A stretch of DNA of 64,000 nucleotides, from assembly GCA_951406725.2 (NCBI GenBank), contig OX597816.1, forward strand, positions 71,610,001 to 71,674,000. Reading direction: 5' to 3'. How positions within the stretch are numbered: the first letter of the stretch is position 1; every line of letters begins with the position of its first letter. The position numbers were made by a program, and so were the translations under genes. This document shows, in pieces, positions 44,674-57,708 of this stretch. The stretch is from Octopus vulgaris. Lineage: Eukaryota. Below the pieces are notes generated by a model. The model was not told the origin of the DNA and ran no database searches. It was given only the letters and a program-made list of their open reading frames with translations.

Positions 44674-45120
44674 TCGAGTTGCGCATGAGAAAGTAAGGGG
44701 GGATGTCAGGCTGTTGCACTTACAGACGATAAAGGTCTTCCTGTGACGCTGACATGCACTGTCTGTGCAAGACCCTGCCTCGGTAAAGCTGGACTCAAGA
44801 GTCATCTTCGTAGTCATAAAGTGAGACCGATGATTGACAACCAGGCCGCTGGTTGTGGTGCTATACACCATACTAATCATATCTGTCAGGCATTTGGAAG
44901 GGTGCGTGATTCAGCGGGAGGACTTAAATGACATGCAAAGGTACATGAAGCCCAATTACAACTACAGCCGGCTATTGCCAATAAAGGTTTTAGCTGCCAA
45001 TTCTGTACAAGACATTGTAGATCTTTAGCTAGGCTACAAAGTCACATTCAATCACAACACCAACAGCAGTTAAGCCTCGTGCAATGACCATACTCGATAA
45101 CGAGGGGGCAGCCGTCATAC
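44674..45120 (+). mobile_element. RTE-like LINE 3' end with three C2H2-like zinc fingers
   Basis: CTVCARPCLGKAGLKSHLRSH; CQAFGRVRDSAGGLK*HAKVH; CQFCTRHCRSLARLQSHIQSQH in one frame; short 3'UTR then (CA)n. Confidence 0.6.
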
Positions 45121-45249
45121 ACACACGCACACACACGCACGCACACACACGCATACACACACACATACACACATATATATATATATATATATACACACAC
45201 ATGATATATATATATATATATATGCACACTCACACTCACATATACATAT

Positions 45250-45665
45250 ATGTATGTATGTCATTGTTCAGTTCTATTTCAAGATTTCTTGTCAACAGAG
45301 AAAGGGCCGGTTTCTAACCTAAATCCAAGGTTCCTTCATTGGAATTTCAACATCAAGAACAGCTATTTTTGTATGTATGTATGTATGTATGTATGTATGT
45401 ATGTATGTATGTATGTATGTATGTATGTAGAGATTTGTAAGTTTTATGCATGTATGCTCATGCATATAGTTACATACCTAGACATGCTTATATATATTTA
45501 AATAATAAACCTCTGGACAGTTTTACAGATTTTTAAAATTCCAATGATAGATTGGATCTGTAGTCTTCGAATTAGCTTTCTCCTTTCTGGTTTTGAGAAG
45601 CCTAATTTCTCAAGTTTGGTATTTAGGCAGTGTGTTACATATCCCAGGACCCCAATAATTACAGG
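45250..45665 (-). mobile_element. RLE-type non-LTR 3' end embedded in (CATA)n
   Basis: PVIIGVLGYVTHCL..RRLQIQSIIGILKICKT*, with (CATA)n on both sides. Confidence 0.75.
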
Positions 45666-46344
45666 TATGTATGTATGTATGTATGTATGTATGTATGTAT
45701 GTATGTATGTATGTATGTATGTATGTATGTATGTGTGTATGTATGTATGTGTTTGTTTCCCACCACTGCTTGACAATCGGTGTTGGTGTGTTTACAGCCA
45801 CTAACTTAGCGGCTCAACAAAAGAGACTAATGCAATAAACACCGGGTTTTAAATAAATAAGTCGATTCGTTCGACTACAATTCTTCAAAGCGATGCCCCA
45901 GCATGACCGCAGACTAATGACCGAAACGAAGTAAAAGATAAAAAATAAAATGCCTTTCAGATTGTAAAGAATACGATTATACCACAATTCAATGTTAAAA
46001 AGAAAAGAAAAGAAAAGAAAAGATAAAAAATTGGTAAGCGGCTACATACTGACACACATGACATGTCCTACTCTGAATGAACAAAAACAAGAATTGAAAG
46101 TGAAAAATGCTGCAGAGTCTTTCAGTTTTTTAAAAAATTAATTTCAAAAGACGTTTCGCGATTAACCAAAGTCAGGAACTCGTTTTGATCGGAATCGAAG
46201 TCGCTTTGGTAGGATACCAGTTTAGTAACATCATTTCTCACGAATCTAGTTATTCCATTTATACAATCAGATAACACCTCAATATCCAAATTGAACAGTT
46301 TGTCTATTTTAAATTTTTATAAATCCTATTTAGATTTCGATTTC

Positions 46345-46827
46345 ACATTTTGGCACACGACGAATAATTTCAGAGTAGGGGGTTAGTCGATTACATGCCC
46401 CACAAACCCTTCAGTGATCAACTGGTACTTATTTTATCGATCACGAAAAGATGAAAAGTAAAGTGATCCTCGGTGGAATTCGAACTCAGGACATAAAAAC
46501 GGGACGAAACGCCTCTAAACATTCTGCTCGACATGCTAACGATTCTGCCAGCTCGCCGCCTTACAAGTGGAAGGCCGCTCTCTCAATCTCCGGTTCAGCG
46601 CTCTGTACCGTTATGCTAAGCGATCCATGACAATTCTATCTAGATACTGGTTTCAAACTTTGGCACAAGGTCAGCAATTTGGAAGAAGGGAACTAGTCTG
46701 TTACATCGACCCCAACTTAATTTACTGACCCCGAAGGGATGAAAAGCTAAGTCGACTTCGGCGCCATTTGAACTCAGAACATAAAGACGGACGAAATACT
46801 GCTTAGCATTCTATCCGGCATGCCACC

Positions 46828-46828
<1 letters not shown>
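46345..46828 (-). mobile_element. Two SINE family A copies
   Basis: Core and head motifs in reverse complement. Confidence 0.8.
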
Positions 46829-46892
<64 letters not shown>

Positions 46893-46894
<2 letters not shown>

Positions 46895-47323
46895 TTCTGC
46901 TCAATACCACAGATCTACTTGTCAGTTGTTTGACCTTAACCAGTTGAGCATGTCTCTTAGAGGTTGACGATATGTGCATCTCTGATCACCAGCAGATGTG
47001 GTGGGGGAGCATCATGGCCGTGTGTTGAAAGGAATTCTTTGGGGTTTGGATAACTCCCGTCTGGAAACATGGGTGTTTCGTTCAATATCCTTAAACAACC
47101 CTTATTCAGGGGCCTTTTGAGCGGGATGGGCTACTTGACCTGAAGCCCCCACCTGTAATGTCATGCGCTGTTAACCTTGATATGAGATCACCATGTCATG
47201 CACATATGGTTGTGATGCATGTGCCTGGTGTACCCTTATCAGACGGGTAGTGATGATGTGTATACTGGGCTTCGTATATTTTACCCGAGTGTCACTTTGA
47301 TGGCATGCACTGCTATCTCACTC
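46893..47323 (+). mobile_element. Unclassified ~430-bp non-coding insertion flanked by (AAT)n on both sides
   Basis: GC-richer block between two (AAT)n tracts; no ORF or TIR seen. Confidence 0.5.
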
Positions 47324-47341
47324 AATAATAATAATAATAAC

Positions 47342-47384
<43 letters not shown>

Positions 47385-47387
47385 TAT

Positions 47388-48312
47388 TCTTTTATTTGTT
47401 TCAGTCATTTGACTGCGGCCATGCTGGAGCACCGCCTTTAGTCGAGCAAATAGACCCCAGGACTTATTCTTGTAGGCCTAGTACTTATTCCTTCTTCTAT
47501 CGGTTTCTCTTGCAGAACCGCTAAGTGATGGGGACATGAACACACCAGCATCGGTTGTCAAGCGATGTTGGGGGGATAAAAACAGACACACAAACACACA
47601 CACACACACACATACACACACACACACACACATACATGCATACATATATATGTATGTATATACGACGGCCTCCTTTAAGTTTCCATCTAACAAATTCACT
47701 CACAAGGCTTTGGTCGGCTGAGGCTATAGTAGAAGACACTTGCCCAAGGTGCCACGCAGTGGGACTGAACCCGGAACCATGTGGTTGGTAAGCAAGCTAC
47801 TTATCACACATCCACTCCTGCGCCTAAATATATATATATTAGTGTGAGAAAAATTGACTTGGAGTCCAACAGAGAAAACAATATCCAGATATTAAGAAAT
47901 AAGTAAATAGGCGCAGGAGTGGCTGTGTGGTAAGTAGCTTGCTTACCAACCACATGGTTCCGGGTTCAGTGTCGCTGCGTGGTACCTTAGGCAAGTGTAT
48001 TCTACTATAGCCTCGGTCCGACCAAAGCCTTGTGAGTGGATTTGGTAAACGGAAACTGAAAGAATCCCGTCGTATATATGTATATATATATGTATGTGTG
48101 TATATGTTTGTGTGTCTGTGTTTGTCCCAACCCCAACATCGCTTGACAACCGATGCTGGTGTGTTTAAGTCACCGTAACTTTGCGGTTCGGCAAAAGAGA
48201 CCGATAAAATAAGTACTAGGCTTACAAAGAATAAGTCCTGCGGTCGATTTGCTCGACTAAAGGCGGTGCTCCAGCATAGCCACAGTCAAATGACTGAAAC
48301 AAGTAAAAGAGA
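47388..48312. mobile_element. Head-to-head inverted pair of full-length SINE B
   Basis: Minus copy 47388-47826, plus copy 47908-48312. Confidence 0.92.
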
Positions 48313-50237
48313 GCACAGTGAGTAATATTTACTATATTTATGATTTTGAGAAAACAATTTTTTTACAAATGCTTACTACCTTACAAGAGCTATATCAGTT
48401 AAGCAAATGACCTTATATAAAGATAAAGATACAAAAAACGTTATGACCTTATATAAAGATAAAGATATCAAAAACGTTATAAATTATTCAAAACACTATT
48501 TCAGAAAATTATTTCCGTTCTCTTTGAGTATATAAAAGGCAAATTTAGTTAGGGAAAACTGAATAAGACACGACAAGGTAAATTTGTCTCTTCACTTCTT
48601 CAGAAGTACATTTGGAAAAAAAGACTTACACCCAACGGTGTCCATTCCTGAACATCATAAAGATCAGAAATGCAACAAAAATTAAAGAGGATCATGGAAA
48701 AATGGCACGTAATATGAAATAAACGAACCTCGACTAAATCTTAAAAGTCAACATAAAATATTCTCTATAGCTTCTTCCCAATTTTTTGGAATGGCTCCCT
48801 CTCTGATATATTTACGTCCCGTGCAGTTAAAGAGAAGAAAATATTGAAATAAGTCATTACTCATTCTGTCCCAGTTTAGACATCATTTTTTTTTTTTTTT
48901 TTGAAAATTGAAAATTATCAAATTAGACATTAGTGTGGGAAAAATTGACTTGGAATCCACCAGAGAAAACTATATTGATCGTTAGACATAAAACATTATC
49001 CAGATATTTTATTAGTAACCTTAATTACAATCCGGTCCAAGTTGGGGAAAAATTTCTTGAAAAAAAAAAATGTACCTGTCACCTATGTTTTACTTTCAAC
49101 TTGAACAACGATAATTATGCCGACCAATTTTTGTTCCCAAAGATGACGCAACAGCATAAATTGATGTTTTAATACTTGTAATGTGATAGTTTCAGACAGG
49201 TAGAAAGAAAATAACAGGAAAAAAAAAATCAGGAAATTATTCATTTTGCCTCAAGTACCCATTTTACCTCACCCCGCTCCCAATATAAATTTAGCAGAAA
49301 CACAAGAGAATCCCATGAATCGAAAGTTCATAGTGATTCCTCGTGGAATTACATGACGAGAATTGTATCACTGCTTTTTTCTACCATTTACTAATATACA
49401 TACTTTTCCTCGGCATTAAATTCAGCCAAGAACCACTTACGTGTGCGATTTACTAATAATCATCTTACAAATTAGCCAAGAACTGCTGCTTCGTGATTCC
49501 CATCAAACATCGCAAAGCTTTCCAAAGAAAAATGGAACCAATTTTCTCTTTAAGAAGTAAGCTAACAAGTTCTTTTTGACATCTTTGGTGTGTCAGCACT
49601 TAAGGAATTATAACAATCTAGTTAATTAATACATTATAAACATTTTAATTATGTTAGCTAGTAATGTGGAGAGCAGGCAGAATTGCCGGACTAAATACTT
49701 AGCAGCATTTTTCCGGCTTTTTTTACGTTATGATTTCAAATGCCGCTACGGCTGACTTTGTCTTTCATCTCTTTTGGACCAACAAAATAAAGTGTCAGTC
49801 GAGCACTGGGGTGGATGTAATGAATTTGCACCCCACCCCCACCCTTCAATCATTGTTGGTCTTGTGCTAAATTTAGAAAGAATTATGTCGCTTAGCGTAA
49901 AGAGCAAGTTTGTAAAATTAAAGATTCGTTAAATTCTTCGGTATACAGATGTACTTCCACGCATCCTTATGCATTTGCAGTATTCTCCCTGGAGCTAAAA
50001 AGTTTCTTCAACTCTTGATTTAGAGACGTCTTTGTTGTCTTGGACAACTGCCAGAGTTTCATTGCTGCTTTTAAAGCTAAGTCTTCAATGAAAGCAGCAT
50101 TATGTCTGACTAAGTGTTGCCTTGAAGTTGCCATTAAAAAAACAAACATTGTTTTCAAGTTCCATTGTGATTAAAAGAAGAAAATAAAAAACCTGAAGGA
50201 CACCTAGCACAATAGAAATGAATAGAGAGAGAGATGG

Positions 50238-50291
<54 letters not shown>

Positions 50292-50429
50292 AAGAAGAAG
50301 AAGAAGGAGAAGAAGAAGAAGGGAGATAGTGCGGAAGAGAGAGAGAGAGAAAGAGAGGGAAAGAGTACGTATTTTTCTAGTCTCAACAGACATGCAAACA
50401 CGTATTTTTATCCGTTACTAAAAAACCGC

Positions 50430-50461
<32 letters not shown>

Positions 50462-50649
50462 ACAACTCACAACAACAACAACAACAACAGCAGCAGCAGC
50501 AGCAGCAACGACAACGATAATGTATTGAAGTCACTAAATGTGGAAAATGATCATGTCCAGTTACCGACAAGTGGCAATGTAATTTGACACCATTTGTTAA
50601 ATTTCATGGGTTGATCAATTAATGGATTTATCGATTAATTAAATGACTT

Positions 50650-50995
50650 ATTAATCAATAGAGGATTAATCAGTAGATTCTCAGATAGACAAGCCAATAG
50701 ACAGAGTAGCATTGCAGTTACAGATGGCCATGGTCAATAATTTGTCACTGAATTGAAAAAGCGTTAGATCAATTGGTACAGAATCACTGAGGTTAAAGAT
50801 CTTTAGGATGTCACAAGAGTCACGGACAGAGAGGCCAGTAGATACGATGTCACAAATCCTAAGTTTAATAGATACGGTATCATTGCAGTCAAAGCTGGTC
50901 AGATCAATAGATACAAAATCAATGGAGTTAAATAAGGCTACAATCAGCATGCCACAAGGGCCACAGGTCGACAGGTCAATATATAGCGTCTCAGC
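50650..50995. repeat. Highly degenerate minisatellite
   Basis: Recurrent (g)atcaatagatac..gtcactgcagt-like units about 30-35 nt apart. Confidence 0.5.
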
Positions 50996-51036
50996 TGGTA
51001 TTTAAGAAGTACAGGCTTCGAGTTTCTGACATTTTT

Positions 51037-51485
51037 AAGGCGGTGAGCTGGCAGAGTCGTTGGCGCGCCAGGCAAAATGCTTGGCGATATTTCGTCCGTC
51101 TTTATATTCCGAGTTCAAACTCCTCCGGTTTCCCTTTGTCTTTCATCCTTTAGGGGGTCAATAAAATAAATACCAGTTGAGCACTGGAGTCGATGTCGTT
51201 GATTTAGCTCCACCCACGAAACTTCTGGTCTTGTGCCTAAAACTGAAATTAATGTACTAAATCTCCAAGGCGGCTAGCTGGCAGAATCGTTAGCACGCCG
51301 GGCAAAATGCTTTACGGCATTCAGCTGTCTTTACGTTCTGTGTTCAAATTCCGCTGAGGTCGACATTGCCTTTCATGCTTTCGGGGTCGATAAATTAAGT
51401 ACCAGCTAAACACTGAGGTTGATGTAATCGGCTTACCTCTTGCTCCTATCTGGCTGGCCTTGTGCCAAACTTTGAAACCAATATA
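51037..51485 (+). mobile_element. Two head-to-tail full SINE A copies
   Basis: Each starts aaggcgg..agctggcaga and ends in a cttgtgcc..gaaa-type tail. Confidence 0.85.
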
Positions 51486-52079
51486 TAGGGTCTCTCTAGT
51501 GTCAGTGAAAGCGCATGGCCTAGTGGTTAGGGTGTTGTACTCACAATCGCAAGATCAGGGTTTCAATTCCCTGACCCGACGATGCATTGTTTTCTTGAGC
51601 AGAAAACTTCGTTTAATCTTGCTCAAGCTCACTCGACTATATATGAGTAACCTTGCAACGGGCAAGGTGGTTCATGGAAGACCAGCAGTCACTCTTGTAT
51701 ACCAGCCTCCCCTCTTCACGCCAAGGGAAAGGAAAAGACCGACACAGCTTGGCACCAGTGACGTCGCAACTCATTACTACAACTGAGTGAGCTAGAACAA
51801 TATGAAACAAAGTGTCTTGCTGAAGAACACAACACAGAGCCCGATCCCGGAATTGAACTCACTACCTCATGATTGTGAGCCCGACGTTCTAACCACTGAG
51901 CAATGTGGTCCTATTACTAATGACTTCAAATTTTGGCACAAGGCCAACACCTTTGAGAGGAGTGGGTTCGTCGATACCATCAATTGCAGGATTTATTTTA
52001 TTCATACTTTGAAGATGCTGCTCTCACTTTTGAGCATGCATGGAATGTACTCATTTCTTCCTTTACTGTTCAGCAGGTG

Positions 52080-52235
52080 TCTTCTTCTTCTTCTTCTTCT
52101 TCTTCTTCTTCTTCTTCTTCTTCTTCTTCTTCTTCTTCTTCTTCTTCTTCTTCTTCTTCTTCTTCTTCTTCTTCTTCTTCTTCTTCTTCTTCTTCTTCTT
52201 CTTCTTCTTCTTCTTCTTCTTCTTCTTCTTCTTCT
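52080..52235. repeat. (TTC)n tract
   Basis: Directly visible. Confidence 0.98.
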
Positions 52236-52534
52236 CCTCCTCGTTCTTCCAATCAGGACTCACGCCATTAGCCACAAAGAATAATCTGTCATTCAAGCCT
52301 AATCTAAGCTACTAAGAATGCGTGTGCCCACTTGGAAGATCCACCCACCACTCGCGATAGACTGGCGGTTGCACGGGCGCGAAAGCTACGTTGTTATCCT
52401 CATTCCGTAAACGGTGGCTTTTAACGGGTGGAGAGCTGAACCATCCTTGGGCACAGAGGATTCGCAATCTAGACTAGTGTCTGAAAGTTTACCACACCAT
52501 CATGGGTTACACCATGGTTCCTCTGCTTTGTGGC

Positions 52535-52730
52535 AGAAGTAGGAAGAAAGAGTGAGAGAAAGTTGTGATGAAAGAGCACAGCGAGGTTCACCACCACCCC
52601 CGCCGGAGCCTCGTAGAGCTTAGGTGTTTTTGCTCCATAAACACTCACAATGCCCGGTCTGGGAATCGAAACCGCTTTCTTACGACCCGCGTGTCCGCTG
52701 CCCTAACCACTGGGTCATTCCGCCTCCACT
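52535..52730 (-). mobile_element. SINE family C, truncated
   Basis: Reverse complement of the C head. Confidence 0.8.
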
Positions 52731-52734
52731 CAGC

Positions 52735-53030
52735 GGGTGATGTCTGAGTGATGCAATGCGATATTCAAAAACTGTTTGGAGTGACTTTATGCTTCTACGG
52801 CCATCATTTTGTCTCACGTAAATCCAATCGGTGTCGCTGTTAATGTAGAAGTTACCAGTGGTGGCCAATACCTTTCTGGTTTTGATGTTCAAGCTGCGTA
52901 CCTCTTCGAATGTCCAGTCCAATATCCCCAATGTTGCTACTAACACCGGTACTGCAAAAGCATTGTGAGATATGGTCTTGTTAAATGCAGACAGCTTTGA
53001 GTTCCGAATCTTCCAGATTCTATAGCATAG
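52735..53030 (-). mobile_element. R4/Dong-like RT C-terminal fragment
   Basis: SKLSAFNKTISHNAFAVPVL..GILDWTFEEVRSLNIKTRKVL..GNFYINSDTDWIY..DGRRSIKSL. Confidence 0.8.
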
Positions 53031-53091
53031 TTTTTCTGGCTTTAGTCACCATAGTCACAGCACCAATGAATGCAACAATCTCATATGTATG

Positions 53092-53123
<32 letters not shown>

Positions 53124-53279
53124 AACACCTGCCATAGTGAAATTCTGAACAAATTCCAAACAAAATCGCTGTTATGTTTGAGTCCTTATAAAAACAGTAA
53201 ACGAACAGGTTGATATCGTCCTGTCTCCTTCAATATTTGTCAACAATTTGTCATATCTGCTGCTTATTGTAAAGTTTGT

Positions 53280-54131
53280 AAAGTAGTAGTAACAGTAGTG
53301 GTGGTAGGAAGGACAGGTATGGTAGTAGTGTGAGGACGTGTGACAAAGTGAGGGAAACATATTGTTTGTAGGTAAAGGCGCATAGAGAAGCTAGGGAGTG
53401 GGTAGTGGATTTGTAGTAGTGTGAGGAACTCTTGTGAAGAAGTGGGAGGTTATCGTCTGCAGGACTTTTGTATGATAGTGGTGGGTGTGAAAGGTGGAAA
53501 GTGGAGGGAGATAGTTTGGGTGATAGTGTGAGGAACTGCCACATGAGAGGGAGATTTTCGTTCTACGATGAAGATGGAGGAGTGGGAGAAATGTGACTGT
53601 GAAAGAGAAAGTGAGATAGGGAGAGATGGGGGAAAGAGAAAGTGAGATAGGGAGAGATGATGAAAGAGAAAGTGTGTGAGGGGGGAAATGGTAAAAGAAA
53701 AAGTGAAAAGGTAAGAGAAAGTGAAAGGAAACGATGAGAGAGTGAGGGATGGGGGTGTAGAAGAAAAAAGGAGTGTTGGGGGATAGTGAGAGAGAAAGTG
53801 AATGATAGGCGTGATGACATAAGGAAGTGAGTGAGGAGGATGGTGAAAGAGAAAGTAAATGAGGTGGGTTGGTGGATGTAGGGGTGTAAGTAAAAGCCAA
53901 TGATGCTGGAATGGAAAGGGTGCAGGCTGGTAAAAATTTAAGGGGAGATTGTTCGAATGACAGTGTGAGGAATAGCATGAGTGGTAGGAGTTATTTTGGA
54001 GAAAGGAAGTATAAGAAAGGAAGGGACGAGAAGGGGAAATGGAATGGAGAGGGGAGAATTTTATGTTAACTGAACAGACTGAGGAAACGAGGGGGGGGCA
54101 GACAGATAAATAGATAGATAGCGAGAAAGAG

Positions 54132-54162
<31 letters not shown>

Positions 54163-54580
54163 GGGACTGTGGAATGAGGGAGGAAGTGGTAAAAAGGGAA
54201 ACATAGCATGAGCTCAGAGATAGATAGAGGAAGGGAGAGGGATATGATGCGGAGGGGATTGGAAGGGGAGAGGTATGATTATTGTGTGTGGGATGGGATG
54301 ATGAGGTGGGGGAACAGGAGAGGGGTGGCTTACAAATTGAAAGAGAGGGTGAATAGGAGAGAGGAGGGGGGATAAAATGATTGAAAGAGAGTGAATGAGA
54401 GAGAGAGGGGGAGAGAATGATTGAGTGTGTATGAAAGAGAGAGAGAGAGATAGGGTGGGTGGGTGAGAGAGGGAACTGATTAAAAGAGAGAGGGAGAGGG
54501 AGAAGACGGGAGATGGAAAAAGAAAGAAAGAAAGGAAGAAATAAAGAAAGAAAGGGAGGAGAATAAGGAGGAGAAGGCGT
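53280..54580. repeat. GA-rich low-complexity region
   Basis: Purine-rich plus strand; the minus-strand ORFs are S/P/L/F-biased artefacts. Confidence 0.85.
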
Positions 54581-54710
54581 AGTTACGAAACAATCTGTTG
54601 ATGAAATCATGTACAATACCCTGTGTTAATATGTCAGAAGAGTTGACATACTAATGACAGATATGATGGGGATAGTGGTGGTAGTGACAATAGGGGGTTG
54701 TTGTTGTTGC

Positions 54711-54749
<39 letters not shown>

Positions 54750-55284
54750 ACTCTAAATCAGTTCTGACGAGGCCTATGATAAAAAGAATGATTCCATCCA
54801 TGACCATCCTGTACGTTTTCTGTGCTGCGAACTCAAGGACTACATTACTAAACGTGACGTATTTTTTAGGATAGCAGAGAAGGCTTTTAAGAAAATTTGG
54901 CTACTATTTCTCGTTGGTTGAGCAGCCACGTAGATCCTCGATCGCGTGGTGGTCATGGTGGTAAAACACCTGACTAGTGTTGTGGTGGTCACCAGACCTA
55001 AAAATAGCAGCTAAAATTCCCTCAAACCACACTAGATTACTTTTATCTTTCGTTGCCTCCGCCTTTGCTTAAGGCGAAGGTATTGTTTTCAGTCGTGTTT
55101 CTTTGTTTGTTTGTCCGTGAATAAGATATCTCAAAAACCGCTGGATGGTTTCGGATGAAACTTTCAGAGATGTATGGTCTCGTGACTGGCACGAACTGAT
55201 TAGATTTTGGGATCGATCCGATACCGGACAAGGATTCTGGATTATATTTTTCCTGCTTTTTTTTTTTTTTTTTACTATTTTACT

Positions 55285-55485
55285 ATTTTACTCTTTTACC
55301 TGTGTCAGTCATTTGACTGTGGCCATGCTGGAACACCACCTTTAGTCGAGCAAATTGACCCCAGGACTTATTTTTTTGTAAGCTCTAGTACTTATTCTAT
55401 CGGTCTCTTTTGCCGAACCGCTAAGTTAGGGGACGTAAACACACCAGCATCGGTTGTCAAGCGATGTTGGGGGGACAAATACAGA

Positions 55486-55543
<58 letters not shown>

Positions 55544-55707
55544 TATATACTACAGGCTTCTTTCAGTTTCCGTCTACCAAATCTACTCACAATGCATTGG
55601 TCGGCCCGGGGATATAGCAGAAGACACTTGCCCAAGATGCCACGCAGTGGGACTGAACCCGGAACCATGTGGTTGGTAAGCAAGCTACTTACCACACAGC
55701 CACTCCT
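55285..55707 (-). mobile_element. SINE family B, full length
   Basis: Both halves with an internal (CA)n tract. Confidence 0.9.
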
Positions 55708-55825
55708 ATGCCTGAGAGCGGTCGGGTTCATTTTTAGTATTCTCGTTTGTGAGAGCAGTCGAGTTTATTTCAGATGTTCTCATTTCAATCGTTGAGAGGA
55801 CATTGGGGGTTGCTTTGGCGGAGGT

Positions 55826-56078
55826 ATCATCTCTTGTGAAGGGTTGAAGAGTCCAGTTTGCTGGACATTGTTGTAGAGCTGAAAACGAGGTAATTTCTAC
55901 TCTTCTCCTCTGGAAGCCATCTGCTCGCGATACCAGAAAGTGCACACTCTCCTACACTGATGTAATTTCCAGGGATACAAGCATCCAGCATCAGGACCTC
56001 CGTAATGCTATGATGGACCGTGAAGTCTGGCGTAACATAGTAAATTTCCTTATCTCGACCACGGTCGAACAATGATGA
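55826..56078 (+). mobile_element. RTE-clade LINE 3' end with TSD
   Basis: RVQFAGHCCRAENEVISTLLLWKP..AMMDREVWRNIV; (TGA)n tail; 11-bp TSD ttggcggaggt at 55815-55825 and 56079-56089. Confidence 0.9.
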
Positions 56079-56453
56079 TTGGCGGAGGTTTGCGCTCTCT
56101 GAGTGCTCTTGTTTGTTTACTGTTTTGATTGCTTCAGACTGCGGTAACGCTGGGGAATCGCTTTGAAGGGTTTAGTCGAAAGCATTGCCTCCAGTACCTA
56201 TTCTAATTTTAAGCCTGGTACTTATTCTATCATCTCTTTTTGCCGAACTGCTTAGTGGGGTGTAAGCAAACCAACACCGGTTGACAAGTATTGGTGCGGG
56301 ACAAGCACAAACACAAAGACGCGCACACTTAGATACATCCATACATGCATGCATATACATATATGTATATATATGTGTGTATGTGTGTGTGCGTGTGTAT
56401 GTGTATTATGTATGTATGTATATATGCATGTATGTATATGTGTATATATATAA

Positions 56454-56485
<32 letters not shown>

Positions 56486-56486
56486 G

Positions 56487-56683
56487 GGAGAGTTTACGAA
56501 AAAAACAAAAGACGAAGACAGGTGGTGTACAAAACAAACAGATGTATTAGTATAACGCTCAGGAATTGAAAAAGTCTTTTACGTTTTGAGCCTACGCTCT
56601 TCTACAGAAAGGGACACAGAAAAAACAAGGAGTGAAAAAAGGAGAGAAAAAAATGTGTGTAGTGGATAACGATCTATCATGGC

Positions 56684-56686
<3 letters not shown>
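56487..56686 (-). mobile_element. Penelope-like terminal fragment inside a SINE B microsatellite
   Basis: Minus strand ctgtaga-a-gagc-gtag-gctc-aaaacgt..ttcctgagcg parallels the 60535 element; (TA)n on both sides. Confidence 0.5.
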
Positions 56687-56723
<37 letters not shown>

Positions 56724-57559
56724 GTACATATACGACAATCTTCTTTCAGTTTCCTTCTACTAAATCCACTCGCAGGGCTTTGGTCAGCCTGAGGCTATAA
56801 TAAAAGACACTTGTCCACGGTGCCACACAGTGGGACTGACCTTGAAACCATGTGGTTGAGAAAGAGACTTCTTGCCAGACAGCCTGTACCAATAGAAAAA
56901 TATGGGACGTTTCACGAATTTGTGTGCCGTCCCTGTGCAGTGGTCATGCTGGTCTTCTCTGCATCGTTTAATCTTTAGTACGTTGCTGAAGAAAAAAAAA
57001 TGCACATTGGACAATGCAATCCAGAAATTTAGAATTTTAGTTGTGGTTTTCTGAAGTCGAGTTAAACTGGAATTAACCAACAACAGTAACAACAGGCCTA
57101 GTGTGTATAACAATCTCTCAATGATATTACTAACTTAAGCAGCTACTGAGTCTTATTTGTAAACCTTCAGCAAAGTTGGGTCGTGATTGGCAGGGATGGA
57201 GCGTCTTTCAACAAAAGTCTTCTGGATTAATGCTCACCTGGGGGTTAACAAACAAAAATAGCAGCATTTTTTTCTTTCAAATTTTGGCACAAAATTTTAG
57301 GAGTAAGTTGTTACTTGACTATATCTATCCTTATACTTGACTGGTACTTTATTTTAACGAACCCGAAAGGATAAAAGAGTAAGTCGACGTTAGCTGAATT
57401 TGAACTCAGGGTGTAAGGACCGGAAAAATACTGCTAAACATTTTGCCCGAAGCGCTAACGACTCTGCCACTTTGCCCACATAAGATGTACGGAAATTTCT
57501 TGATGGTATTACTAACATAATCATCGACAAACGCTATACTTATATATCTTTTATTTTTT

Positions 57560-57665
57560 ATCCTTTACTTGTTGCATTCATCAGACTGCGGCCATGCTGG
57601 GGCACCCAGTATCTATTTTCTTTTATCAGGATGATATTTAGGTCTCTGTCTCTCTCCCCCACACA

Positions 57666-57708
<43 letters not shown>

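Larger units (their letters stand above)
55050..56114 (+). mobile_element. Helentron-associated (HINE/DINE-1-like) element with two nested insertions
   Basis: Subterminal IRs cctccgcc (55056-63) / ggcggagg (56081-88), gtttgtttgtccgt microsatellite, 3' stem gcgctc-tct-gagtgc, T-rich flanks. Confidence 0.75.

Noticed and set aside
53391-54616. 388-aa and 195-aa minus-strand ORFs
   Set aside because: Pyrimidine-rich low-complexity strand that lacks stops by composition
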